Source: Thermoplasmata archaeon
Lineage (GTDB): Archaea; Thermoplasmatota; E2; DHVEG-1
Direction: 5' to 3'
Length of the DNA: 64,000 bases
Assembly: GCA_020054495.1 (NCBI GenBank)
Contig: JAHWGK010000001.1
Coordinates: 19,048-83,047 of the forward strand
The notes beneath the pieces were generated by a model, which was given only the letters and a program-made list of their open reading frames with translations, made no database searches and was not told where the DNA came from. Shown here piece after piece: positions 9,937 through 19,518 of the stretch. The stretch's first letter is position 1. Every line of letters begins with the position of its first letter. The position numbers and the translations under genes are program-made.

Positions 9937-11132
9937 TGTCTGAAAAGTTAGCCTTACATGGTGGACCTCCCATTAGAAAAGAATTTTTACCATATGGACG
10001 TCAATGGATAAATGATGACGACATAAAGGCAGTTACTGATGTTTTGAAAACTGATTGGATAACACAAGGTCCCAAAGTAGTCGAATTTGAAAAAAAGGTT
10101 GCGGATTACAGTAATACAAAGTATGCCGTTGCTTTTTCATCGGGCACAGCAGCACTACATGCAGCCGCATATGTTGCAGGAATTACAAATGGAGATGAAG
10201 TTATTACCACCCCTATTACTTTTGCAGCAGATGGAAACTGTGTATTATTTACTGGAGGGACAGTTAAATTTGCTGATATCAAAAAAGATACCTATAATAT
10301 TGACCCAAAGAAAATAAAAGAACAAATCACAAAAAAAACAAAGGCATTAATACCTGTAGATTACACAGGACAACCCTGTGATATTAATGAAATAAATGAA
10401 ATCGCAGAAAAAAATAATCTTACAGTAATAGAAGATGCATCTCATGCAATAGGAGCAGAATATAAAAATAAAAAAGTGGGAGGATTAACGGATTTAACAG
10501 TATTCAGCTTCCATCCTGTGAAAACAATCACAACTGGGGAGGGAGGAATGGCTCTTACTAATAATGAAGAGTTATATGAAAAACTGCAAATTTTCAGAAC
10601 ACATGGAATTACTAGGGATACTAAGAAACTACAAAAGAACGAAGGAGCGTGGTATTACGAAATGCAAACTCTTGGATATAATTACAGAATCACTGATTTT
10701 CAATGTGCACTAGGAATAAGTCAGCTTAAAAAAATTGATAATTTTATCAAAAAAAGAAGAGATATCGCCACCAAATATAATGAAGCATTCGAAAGCTTGG
10801 ACGAAATAATAACACCATATGAAAAAAAGGATGTTAAATCCACATATCACATCTATATGATACAACTGGATCTAGGAGATTTAAAGGCCAATAGAAAAAC
10901 AATATTTGACGCATTTAGAGCAGAAAACATTGGTGTACATGTACATTATATACCTCTTCATCTACAACCGTATTATAGGGAGAGATTTGGATATAAAAAA
11001 GGTGACTTTCCCATTGCTGAAGCATATTATAATAAAGCATTAACATTACCCTTGTTTCCCAAAATGAAAGATGAAGATGTGAATGATGTAATTGAGGCCG
11101 TAGAAAAAGTAATTAGCTATTATCAAAAATAG
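9936..11132 (+). CDS. pseC: UDP-4-amino-4,6-dideoxy-N-acetyl-beta-L-altrosamine transaminase, PseC (DegT family)
   Basis: DegT/DnrJ fold motifs, FSFHPVKTITTGEGG (PLP lysine region), YNYRITDFQCALGISQL. Start overlaps the pseB stop. Confidence 0.88.
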   Translation: MSEKLALHGGPPIRKEFLPYGRQWINDDDIKAVTDVLKTDWITQGPKVVEFEKKVADYSNTKYAVAFSSGTAALHAAAYVAGITNGDEVITTPITFAADGNCVLFTGGTVKFADIKKDTYNIDPKKIKEQITKKTKALIPVDYTGQPCDINEINEIAEKNNLTVIEDASHAIGAEYKNKKVGGLTDLTVFSFHPVKTITTGEGGMALTNNEELYEKLQIFRTHGITRDTKKLQKNEGAWYYEMQTLGYNYRITDFQCALGISQLKKIDNFIKKRRDIATKYNEAFESLDEIITPYEKKDVKSTYHIYMIQLDLGDLKANRKTIFDAFRAENIGVHVHYIPLHLQPYYRERFGYKKGDFPIAEAYYNKALTLPLFPKMKDEDVNDVIEAVEKVISYYQK

Positions 11133-11141
11133 GTTATATTA

Positions 11142-11816
11142 ATGAAATCTATCGCTATAATTCCAGCAAGAGGCGGAAGTAAAGCAATTCCGAGGAAGAA
11201 TATAATTGAATTGGGCGGTAAACCACTAATAGCATATGTGATAGAAGCTGCGTTAAAGGTAAAAAAATTAGATCGAGTAATAGTTTCAACTGAAGACATG
11301 AAAATAGCAGAAATTGCAAAAAAATATGGAGCAGAATTACCATTTTTAAGACCGAAAGAACTAGCAAAAGATGAAACACCTACTTTACCAGTCTTACAGC
11401 ATGCCGTAAGAGTTCTTGAAGAAAAAGAGGATTACAAGCCAGATATAGTTGTTTTATTGTATGCTACATTTCCACTGCTTCAAGCTGAAAAAATATCTGA
11501 AGCAATACGGATGATTAAAGACGAAGGTTTCGATTCAGTTATTAGTGTAACTAAAGATAAAGGACATTACTGGGTAGAAGAAGATAATAATTATATTAGA
11601 TTGTATCCAAAAATCATTGAAAACAGACAGCTTGTTCAACCATTGTTTAAAGAAAATGGAGCGATTTATGCATGTAAAAGAGGTCTGCTCATGGAAAAAA
11701 ATGAAATTGTTAGTGGAAATATTGGATTTTTAATAATGAAAAAAGAGGAATCGGTTGATATCGACGAACAAATGGATTTTGAATTTGCTGAGTTCCTTTT
11801 AACAAAAAAAATATAA
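11142..11816 (+). CDS. pseF: CMP-nonulosonic acid synthetase (pseudaminic acid cytidylyltransferase-like)
   Basis: IAIIPARGGSKAIPRKNI motif of the CMP-NeuAc synthetase family. Position in the pse operon. Confidence 0.75.
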   Translation: MKSIAIIPARGGSKAIPRKNIIELGGKPLIAYVIEAALKVKKLDRVIVSTEDMKIAEIAKKYGAELPFLRPKELAKDETPTLPVLQHAVRVLEEKEDYKPDIVVLLYATFPLLQAEKISEAIRMIKDEGFDSVISVTKDKGHYWVEEDNNYIRLYPKIIENRQLVQPLFKENGAIYACKRGLLMEKNEIVSGNIGFLIMKKEESVDIDEQMDFEFAEFLLTKKI

Positions 11817-11904
11817 GCAATATTTACATATTAATGCTTAATTAAAATATTATCAACAAATATAGGAGAGACGGTTCTCAAATATTTAAACGGGAGAGAT
11901 TTGA

Positions 11905-13110
11905 TTGAGATACTGCAAGAAATGCATTATGCCGGATACTAGACCCGAACAAGTATTTGATAATGATGGTATTTGTGATGCATGTAACTCCTCAGAAAAG
12001 AAACACAGAGACATTGACTGGCAGCAAAGGAGAAAGGAATTTGAGAAAATTTTAGATCGTTATCGTTGCAAGGACGGAAGCTGGTGGGATTGTATAGTTC
12101 CTGTTAGTGGAGGAAAAGATAGTTGTTATCAAGCAGTTCAGATGAAATATGAATATGAGATGAATCCTCTACTTGTTAATTTTATTCCTTGTGAGATGAC
12201 TGAGGTGGGTTTAAAGAACATACTGTGGTTGAGAGACCAAGGTTTTGACATGATTCAGGTTGGGGGGAACAGAAAAATCTACAAACAAATGGTTCGAAAA
12301 GGTTTCTTTGATTTAGGCGATTGTTGTTGGCCTGAACATATTGGTATTTTCACAGCACCTGCCAGAGTTGCGGTGCAATATAATGTTCCGTTGCTTATAT
12401 GGGGAGAAAACTCTCAATTTGAATATGGCGGACCAGCTTCAAAAAGAGAAAACAACTATCTAGATCGTAATTGGTTGGAACAATTTCAGATGCTAGGTTA
12501 TCGTATTTCTGATCTGTATCATGAAGGATATAACAAAAAGGATCTATTGACTTGGGAATATCCATCAGATGAAGAACTTAAAGAAGTGGGAGTAACAGGT
12601 TTGTTCCTAGGATATTACAAAAAATGGGATACCTATGAACATGCACAAAAAATGATAAAGATGGGTTGGAATGTCAATCCTGGTGGAGGTCCTGTTGAAG
12701 GATCATATTATAATTTTGAGAATTTAGATTGCAAATGGATTACTGGATTGCATGATTATCTTAAATTCCTAAAATATGGCTATGGGCGAGCTACTGACGA
12801 ACTTTGTATTGAGATTAGAGCCGGACGTATTGATCGCGAAGAGGCAATCCGAATAGTGCGAAACTTAGAAGGGAAAATACCCAGAAAATATCTCAAAGAT
12901 TTCTTAGATTTTATTGACTGCACTGAGGAAGAATTTTTTAAGACTTTAGATCGATTTACAAATCGGAAAATATTCCTTACTGATGAGAATGGTAATTTCA
13001 TAAAAGATGAAAATGGAGATGTTATCAAGAAAGATTATGGTTATGATGAAAGTGAGGGTTTTGCCTTGGAACATGGGGAGGATGCAAAAAAAATTGATTA
13101 CAGTTATTGA
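11905..13110 (+). CDS. N-acetyl sugar amidotransferase (PP-loop; WbpG/WbuX/AglX/PseA-like)
   Basis: N-terminal Cys knuckle MRYCKKCIMPDTRP...GICDACN and PP-loop VPVSGGKDSCY. Confidence 0.85.
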   Translation: MRYCKKCIMPDTRPEQVFDNDGICDACNSSEKKHRDIDWQQRRKEFEKILDRYRCKDGSWWDCIVPVSGGKDSCYQAVQMKYEYEMNPLLVNFIPCEMTEVGLKNILWLRDQGFDMIQVGGNRKIYKQMVRKGFFDLGDCCWPEHIGIFTAPARVAVQYNVPLLIWGENSQFEYGGPASKRENNYLDRNWLEQFQMLGYRISDLYHEGYNKKDLLTWEYPSDEELKEVGVTGLFLGYYKKWDTYEHAQKMIKMGWNVNPGGGPVEGSYYNFENLDCKWITGLHDYLKFLKYGYGRATDELCIEIRAGRIDREEAIRIVRNLEGKIPRKYLKDFLDFIDCTEEEFFKTLDRFTNRKIFLTDENGNFIKDENGDVIKKDYGYDESEGFALEHGEDAKKIDYSY

Positions 13111-13705
13111 TGTTAATATAGGTAATGTAAACAGTGTTAGTAAAGCTTTGAACTATCTGAAAGTAGACCATAAAGTCACAAATAATCTAGATGATATTTT
13201 AGAATCAGATAAAATAATTTTTCCAGGGGTTGGAAGTTTTTATGAAGCATCAAAAAGAATCAAAGCCTCTGGGATAAAAGATGTTTTAAAAAAAAGAGTT
13301 CTTGAAGATAAAATTCCCATTTTAGGAATATGTCTTGGCATGCAACTTTTAGCAACTACTGGAGAAGAAGTAAAAAAATCAGAAGGACTAGATTTGATTA
13401 AGGGGAAAGTTGCTATACACCGTGCATCAAAAGAGGGTTTACGTCTACCGCATATTGGATGGAACGATGTAACTTTCAAAGATTTCAAATTATTTGACTC
13501 TATTAAAAATGGATCATGTTTCTATTTTGTACATAGTTACGAAATGATTCCATCTGAAGAAGTAAAAGTTGCATACACTAATTACGGAGTCGATTATGTT
13601 GCAGCTATCCAAAAAGATAATATTTTAGGTGTTCAATTCCATCCTGAAAAAAGCCAGCATGTTGGTTTAAGATTATTAAAAAACTATTGTGAGGGGAAAT
13701 TTTAA
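13082..13705 (+). CDS. glutamine amidotransferase subunit, HisH paralog (WbuY/AglY-like)
   Basis: ITVIDVNIGNVNSV, GICLGMQ (nucleophile Cys), HSY, QFHPEKS. I chose ATG 13082 rather than the tracked 13007. Confidence 0.85.
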   Translation: MQKKLITVIDVNIGNVNSVSKALNYLKVDHKVTNNLDDILESDKIIFPGVGSFYEASKRIKASGIKDVLKKRVLEDKIPILGICLGMQLLATTGEEVKKSEGLDLIKGKVAIHRASKEGLRLPHIGWNDVTFKDFKLFDSIKNGSCFYFVHSYEMIPSEEVKVAYTNYGVDYVAAIQKDNILGVQFHPEKSQHVGLRLLKNYCEGKF

Positions 13706-14481
13706 TGCTACGATACAGGGTTATTCCACTTGTTCTTCTCGATGGATATTCGGTTGTAAAAACCATTCAGTTTGATATTCGTCGTAATCAGGGAAATCCT
13801 ATTGTAGTATCAAGAATTTATAACAGTAGAAACGTGGATGAACTAATGCTACTTGATATTGATGCTTCAAAAGAAGACAGAGGAATAGATTTACATACTG
13901 TTGACGCTGCATCCTCTGAATGTTTTATGCCTTTGACAGTAGGTGGAGGACTTAAAACCTGCGAAGATATAACTAAAGCACTAAAAGCTGGAGCAGATAA
14001 AATTTCTCTAAATACCATTATATTTGACAAACCCGAGTTTCTAAAAGAAGCCGTTTCTGTTTTTGGCAGTCAATGTATTGTTGCCTCAATTGATATCAAA
14101 AAAAATGAAATTGGCGAATGGGAGCTATTTTCACATTCAAATAGAAACGTCAATATGAGTTTAGATGAAATGCTGGATTTTCTGATAAAATCAGATGTGG
14201 GAGAAATACTAGTTAATAGTGTTGATTTAGATGGTACAATGAGTGGTTATGATCTGGATTTAATTGAACATGTATCTTCTGCAACAAATATTCCAGTTAT
14301 TGCAGCAGGTGGAGCATCTGGTCCAAATGATTGTAGTAGAGCAATAACAACAGGGGCATCTGCTGTATCAGCTGCGAGTATATTTCATTTCACAAGTTAT
14401 ACTCCAAGAACATGTAAAGAAGATATGGATAAACATGGAATACCAACAAGACTATTAGATATTGAAGACACAAAATTCTAA
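13705..14481 (+). CDS. cyclase-like subunit, HisF paralog (WbuZ/AglZ-like)
   Basis: RVIPLVLLDG..VVKT, LLDIDAS, PLTVGGG, PVIAAGGASG. Start overlaps the HisH-like stop. Confidence 0.85.
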   Translation: MLRYRVIPLVLLDGYSVVKTIQFDIRRNQGNPIVVSRIYNSRNVDELMLLDIDASKEDRGIDLHTVDAASSECFMPLTVGGGLKTCEDITKALKAGADKISLNTIIFDKPEFLKEAVSVFGSQCIVASIDIKKNEIGEWELFSHSNRNVNMSLDEMLDFLIKSDVGEILVNSVDLDGTMSGYDLDLIEHVSSATNIPVIAAGGASGPNDCSRAITTGASAVSAASIFHFTSYTPRTCKEDMDKHGIPTRLLDIEDTKF

Positions 14482-14513
14482 ATTAAAATATCAAATATCG
14501 GAGTAAGATCTGT

Positions 14514-15509
14514 ATGAGAATTGCTTTTAGAGTTGATGCTTCCAGAGAAATTGGAATCGGGCATCTAATGAGATGTCTTGCTTTATCAGAGGAATTACAA
14601 AAACAGGGTCATAAATGTTACATTTTATCAGAAACAAGCAAGGAAATAATAACTAATAAAATAAGTGAGTTCCAAGTTGAATTTTATAAGATAAATGAAT
14701 TAGCCGATGCGATTAAAATTTCAAAAGAAAACTGTATTGATTGGATTATTACAGATTGTTATAGTTTAAACTCAGAATATATTAAAAAATTAAAGGAGAC
14801 CTTCAAAGTTTTATCAATAGATGATAATGCTTTGATACATTATTATTCAGATGCAATAGTCAATCAAAATATCGGTGCAGATAAACTTGATTATTCAGCG
14901 GAGGAATATACTAGATTTTTCCTTGGATCTAAATATGTAATGATGAGAAATGAGCTGTTAAAAAGAAATGAGAAAAAAGAGAAAGACAAAGTTAAAAAAA
15001 TATTAATAACACTAGGAGGCGCAGATAAAGATAATTTTACATTAGAAATTTTAAAGATATTAAAAACAATAGATGAAAATGTCGAAGTTATAGCTGTTAT
15101 TGGTCCTTTTAACCCTTTTTACAATGTTCTCAAAGAATACGTAAACAAATCCAATTTAATGGTTAATTTAATTAAATCCCCTGAAAAAATGACAGACATT
15201 TATCTAGAGTCAGACATAGCTATTAGCGCAGGTGGAACATCTTGTTATGAACTTGCGTATTATGGCATTCCAAATCTAATTATAACTATTGCTGAAAATC
15301 AATTAAACATTGCAAAAGAGCTCGATAGACAAGGAATTAGCATATATCTTGGTGACCAGAAAGATGTAACAAGTGAAAAAATCAAAGAGAAGGTTAAAGA
15401 ATTAATAAACAATCATTCTTTAAGAAAAAGTATGAGCCAAAATGGAAGGAATCTGGTAGATGGACTGGGTAAAAAAAGAATTGTGGATTTTATGGAGAGT
15501 TATAATTGA
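14514..15509 (+). CDS. pseG: UDP-2,4-diacetamido-2,4,6-trideoxy-beta-L-altropyranose hydrolase, PseG
   Basis: MRIAFRVDASREIGIGHLMRCLALSEEL is the typical PseG N-terminus. GT-B-like C-terminal half (ITLGGADKDN, ISAGGTSCYE). Confidence 0.8.
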   Translation: MRIAFRVDASREIGIGHLMRCLALSEELQKQGHKCYILSETSKEIITNKISEFQVEFYKINELADAIKISKENCIDWIITDCYSLNSEYIKKLKETFKVLSIDDNALIHYYSDAIVNQNIGADKLDYSAEEYTRFFLGSKYVMMRNELLKRNEKKEKDKVKKILITLGGADKDNFTLEILKILKTIDENVEVIAVIGPFNPFYNVLKEYVNKSNLMVNLIKSPEKMTDIYLESDIAISAGGTSCYELAYYGIPNLIITIAENQLNIAKELDRQGISIYLGDQKDVTSEKIKEKVKELINNHSLRKSMSQNGRNLVDGLGKKRIVDFMESYN

Positions 15510-16543
15510 AGAAAGAAGTAAAAATCGGAAATAAAACAGTTGGAGATGGATACTCAACTTATATTATTGCAGAAATTGGAGCAAATCATAATTGTAATAT
15601 GAAAATTGCAAAAGAGCTAATCGATAAAGCAGCAGATGCACACGTTGATTCAGTTAAATTTCAAACATATAAAGCAGAAAAGCTTTATTCAAAAAAGGCA
15701 CCTCAGTTTTCAAAGGACGATATGAAACCATTTGACCTGATAAAATCAGTTGAGTTGCCAAGGAAATGGCATAAAGAACTATTTGAATATGCTGTTGAAA
15801 AAAATTTACATTTTATATCAAGCCCGTTTGATTTTGAAGCAGTTGATTTATTAAACGAAATTGGAGTTCCAGCATTTAAAATAGCTTCATTTGAAATCAC
15901 AGATCTTGAATTGTTGAAATATACAGCTGAAAAAAAGAAACCGATTATTCTATCAACAGGGATGGCAGATTTTGAGGAGATAAACGAGGCTTTAGAAGCA
16001 ATTATATCTACAGGAAATGATGATATTATTTTACTTCACTGTAACTCAATGTATCCTGCCCCCATTGAAATAGTTAATCTAAATGCAATACAGACGATGT
16101 CTCAAGAATTTAAGATACCTGTAGGTTTTTCCGATCATACTCTTGGAATTCATATACCTGTTGCAGCAGTTGCAAAAGGAGCGAAGTTAATAGAAAAACA
16201 TTTTACACTAGATAGGGCAATGAGCGGGCCTGATCATAGTTTTGCAATTGAACCACATGATCTTAAACAAATGGTTCAAAATATTAGGGATATTGAAAAG
16301 GCATTAGGAAATGGGAAAAAAGTTTTATCAAAAGCTGAAAAAGAGATGTATGAAAAAGGGAGAAGAAGCCTTATTGCTTCCCAGGATATTCCAAAAGGAA
16401 CAAAAATTACAAGAGAAATGATTATTATTAAACGGCCGGGTTATGGTATCAAACCAAAATTCTTAAACGATATAGTGGGAAAAATAGCTAAAAGAGACGT
16501 CGAGGAAGACCAATGGATCACATGGGAGGATATCAAAAAATAA
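15506..16543 (+). CDS. pseI: pseudaminic acid synthase, PseI (NeuB family with C-terminal SAF domain)
   Basis: YIIAEIGANHN, VDSVKFQTY, FKIASFE, GFSDHT, IEKHFTLDR, plus a SAF-like tail RRSLIASQDIPKGTKITREMIIIKRPGYGI. Confidence 0.9.
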   Translation: MKKEVKIGNKTVGDGYSTYIIAEIGANHNCNMKIAKELIDKAADAHVDSVKFQTYKAEKLYSKKAPQFSKDDMKPFDLIKSVELPRKWHKELFEYAVEKNLHFISSPFDFEAVDLLNEIGVPAFKIASFEITDLELLKYTAEKKKPIILSTGMADFEEINEALEAIISTGNDDIILLHCNSMYPAPIEIVNLNAIQTMSQEFKIPVGFSDHTLGIHIPVAAVAKGAKLIEKHFTLDRAMSGPDHSFAIEPHDLKQMVQNIRDIEKALGNGKKVLSKAEKEMYEKGRRSLIASQDIPKGTKITREMIIIKRPGYGIKPKFLNDIVGKIAKRDVEEDQWITWEDIKK

Positions 16544-16568
16544 ATATCAAATGTTTTAGGTTTTTAAA

Positions 16569-17105
16569 ATGAATATTGAATTTGTAAATATACTAGATGT
16601 AGATGAAGAAGCAATTGAACTTGTTAGAAATTGGAGGAACAGCAAGAAAGTAAGCCAATACATGTTTACTAATCATCATATAAACAAAGAAGAACATCAA
16701 AGATGGATAGAAAAACTAAAAACCAGCGATACTGGAAAGGCATGGGTAATTAAATACGATGGGAAACCAATAGGACTTGTGCAACTGTCAAACATTGACT
16801 ATATTAATAAAACAACAGAGTGGGGTTTTTACATAGCAGATGATTCAGTGAGGGGAAAAGGTATTGGAGCTACTTCTTTGTATAAATTAATTGAATTTAT
16901 ATTCGATGAAATGAAGTTTGAAAAGATGAGAACAATGGTGCTTGAAAACAACCCCGTCGCATTGGAACTTTATAAAAAATTTGGTTTTAAGAAAGAAGGA
17001 GAACTTGAAGAAAAACTCGAAAGAAATGAAAAACAGATAGATGTTTTGTTAATGAGCCTTCATAAGGACGAATGGGAAAACGTTAAACCAAATTTAAATC
17101 TGTAA
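16569..17105 (+). CDS. pseH: GNAT N-acetyltransferase, PseH-like
   Basis: ELVRNWRNSKKVSQYMFTNHHINKEEHQRWIEKL (PseH-type N-terminus) and GNAT core RGKGIG...LYKKFGF. Confidence 0.7.
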   Translation: MNIEFVNILDVDEEAIELVRNWRNSKKVSQYMFTNHHINKEEHQRWIEKLKTSDTGKAWVIKYDGKPIGLVQLSNIDYINKTTEWGFYIADDSVRGKGIGATSLYKLIEFIFDEMKFEKMRTMVLENNPVALELYKKFGFKKEGELEEKLERNEKQIDVLLMSLHKDEWENVKPNLNL

Positions 17106-17111
17106 AGGATT

Positions 17112-18704
17112 ATGTTTAAGAACCATTCGTTAATAAGACATACTCGAAAAACGGTTGATGAAATGTCGCTTGGAAGATATAACGAGAAAATTAAAACCAT
17201 CGATGGCCTTCGAAAAATAATTGGAAAACCTCCACGGAAAAAAAAGGTAATAATGTGTCATGGAACATTTGACATAGTTCATCCAGGACATATACGACAG
17301 CTTGCTTATGCTAAGGAAAAAGCAGATATCCTTGTTGCAAGTGTAACTGCAGATAAATATGTTGCCAAGGGAGAAGAAAAACCATTTGTTCCAGAAGAAT
17401 TACGTGCTAAAAACCTTGCAGCATTAGAACTAGTTGATTATGTAATAATAGATTACCACCAAAAGCCAATAGATAATATATTGAAAATAAAACCTGATCT
17501 ATTCATAAAAGGATTCGAATATGCAAAGGACGGCATACATCCAAAAACAAAAGAGGAAATAAAAGCAGTAAGCTCTTATGGCGGTGAAATAATTTTCAGC
17601 CCAGGAGATATCGTTTATTCATCTACACATCTTTTAACAGTTCATCGACCTAAGATAGCCCTTGATAAAATACTTGCCTATATGGATGTAGAAAACGTTG
17701 GCTTCAATGACATTCTGAATGTTCTAAAGAAGTTTAAAAACACCAAGGTACATGTTATTGGAGATACCATTGTTGATAAATACTCATATTGCACAGTTCT
17801 CGGTCCAACTACCAAAACACCTACTTTTAGCATAAAACTAGACTCCTCTGAAATGTTTTTAGGTGGAGCAGGAATAGTTGCAAAACACCTAAAAAATCTT
17901 GGGGCGGATGTTACATTCACGACATTACTAGGAAATGATGACCTAAAAGATTTCGTAATTAAGGATATTAAAAAATGGAACATAAAAACAAATGCAATTA
18001 TAGATAATACTAAACCTACCACTTTAAAAGAAAGATTCTGGGCAGATGGATACAAACTTTTACAAGTTGATACTGTGGATAATAGTATAGTATCCAATAA
18101 AATTCTAAAAGAAATGTGCAATCATATAAAACAAGACAAACATGATATATATGTTTTCAGTGATTTCAGACACGGCATCTTCAACAAAGAGACAATTAAA
18201 ACAATAATCGATAGCACAGATCCAAAAACAATAAAAGTTGCAGATAGTCAGGTAAGTAACAGATGGGGAAATATATTAGAGTTCAGTGGAGTAAATATTA
18301 TTTTCCCAAATGAAAAAGAGGCGAGATTTGCTCTTGGTGATCAAGATTTGGGAATTAGACCTCTTGCAGCACAGCTTTATAGAAAATCCAAGGCAAAATA
18401 TCTAGTATTAAAATTAGGGGAAAAAGGCATTCTGATTTATAGAAAACCCCGAGCACCTACCAAGCCAAGAGATTTCATATTTATTGACAGTTTTGTAGAA
18501 GAATTAAAAGATGCACTTGGTGCAGGAGATGCACTACTTGCTACAACATCTCTTGCATACAAATGCTCAAAAGATATTTTTATAAGTGCGATTCTTGGGA
18601 ATGCTGCGGCGGCTGTTGCATGTGAAAAAGAAGGAAATCATCCAGTATCAATAAAAGAAATAGAACAAAAGATAGAAAGCATTAGTAACAACAAATTTGA
18701 ATAA
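17112..18704 (+). CDS. bifunctional nucleotidyltransferase (N-terminal, HxGH) / PfkB sugar kinase (C-terminal); HldE-like with inverted domain order
   Basis: N-terminal CHGTFDIVHPGHI (cytidylyltransferase-fold HxGH). C-terminal ribokinase-family motifs GGAGIVAKHL and DALGAGDALLA. Confidence 0.75.
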   Translation: MFKNHSLIRHTRKTVDEMSLGRYNEKIKTIDGLRKIIGKPPRKKKVIMCHGTFDIVHPGHIRQLAYAKEKADILVASVTADKYVAKGEEKPFVPEELRAKNLAALELVDYVIIDYHQKPIDNILKIKPDLFIKGFEYAKDGIHPKTKEEIKAVSSYGGEIIFSPGDIVYSSTHLLTVHRPKIALDKILAYMDVENVGFNDILNVLKKFKNTKVHVIGDTIVDKYSYCTVLGPTTKTPTFSIKLDSSEMFLGGAGIVAKHLKNLGADVTFTTLLGNDDLKDFVIKDIKKWNIKTNAIIDNTKPTTLKERFWADGYKLLQVDTVDNSIVSNKILKEMCNHIKQDKHDIYVFSDFRHGIFNKETIKTIIDSTDPKTIKVADSQVSNRWGNILEFSGVNIIFPNEKEARFALGDQDLGIRPLAAQLYRKSKAKYLVLKLGEKGILIYRKPRAPTKPRDFIFIDSFVEELKDALGAGDALLATTSLAYKCSKDIFISAILGNAAAAVACEKEGNHPVSIKEIEQKIESISNNKFE

Positions 18705-18779
18705 GGTTTATTCTTAGAAAAAGTATTAAATAAACAGTAGATTACGAGAGTGGAGAAAAATACAAGGAGAAAAAAGATT

Positions 18780-19472
18780 ATGCCAATTTTTTTAGATTCA
18801 AGTATAACTTCTGAGATAAAAAAATTCCATAAAATGGGAATCATAAGAGGGATTACAACAAATCCAACTATAATGTTCAAAGATGGTGTTACTGGCGGAA
18901 TGGATGGAATTAAAGAGAGATCTAAAGAAATAGCTGATATTGTAAAACCTTATCCCGTATCAGTCGAGGTTATGACAAACGATCGAGATGGGATGATACA
19001 GCAAGCCAAGGAATTTTCAAAATGGGCTACAAATATTAATATAAAAATTACAGCACATGGTCCTAACGGCGAACTAGTCAATTTTGAAGTTGTCCACGAG
19101 CTTGAAAAAGTCCATAACATAAGGGTAAATACTACTGCAATGATGAGCGCACAACAATGTTTCTTAGCCGCCCTTGCGGGATCTACTTATGTTTCAATTT
19201 TTGGTGGAAGAGTAAACAATATGGGCTATAACTGCTGTGATGAAATACAAAAATTAAGAACTGCAATTGATGACTTTGATCTTAAATCAAAAATTATTGT
19301 AGGCTCAACCCGTGAAGTTTTAAACACCATCGAATGGTTAAATGCAGGTGCTCATATTGTAACAATTGCCCCTAAATTATTGGAGGGGATGATTGTTCAT
19401 CCTTACACTAAAGAAACTGTTCAAATGTTTTTATCTGATGCTGGAAAAATCAAATCAATGCTAAATAAATAA
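18780..19472 (+). CDS. transaldolase / fructose-6-phosphate aldolase family (type 3B, TalC/FSA-like)
   Basis: MPIFLDSS...GITTNPTI, INIKITA (Schiff-base Lys region), YVSIFGGR. ATG 18780 follows AGGAG; the tracked GTG 18750 was rejected. Confidence 0.85.
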   Translation: MPIFLDSSITSEIKKFHKMGIIRGITTNPTIMFKDGVTGGMDGIKERSKEIADIVKPYPVSVEVMTNDRDGMIQQAKEFSKWATNINIKITAHGPNGELVNFEVVHELEKVHNIRVNTTAMMSAQQCFLAALAGSTYVSIFGGRVNNMGYNCCDEIQKLRTAIDDFDLKSKIIVGSTREVLNTIEWLNAGAHIVTIAPKLLEGMIVHPYTKETVQMFLSDAGKIKSMLNK

Positions 19473-19518
19473 AACTTGGAAAAAATTCAAATCCTTGTAT
19501 TTTTACCGATGGGATGTG

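Noticed and set aside
13007-13081. N-terminal extension of the HisH-like ORF (tracked start 13007)
   Set aside because: The extension (MKMEMLSRKIMVMMKV...) overlaps 104 nt of the upstream gene and has no family counterpart. ATG 13082 gives the canonical ITVIDVNIGN start.
17678-18121. 147-aa antisense ORF within the HldE-like gene
   Set aside because: Shadow ORF; the sense strand carries clear PfkB motifs.
18750-18779. GTG 18750 as the transaldolase start; similar 5' extensions of GmhB (19495), AIM24 (53564), flavodoxin (56245), aldolase (59473), GT (28345) and PurQ (51135)
   Set aside because: In each case an internal ATG or TTG with a well-spaced SD yields the family-typical N-terminus. 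The longer forms add non-conserved residues.
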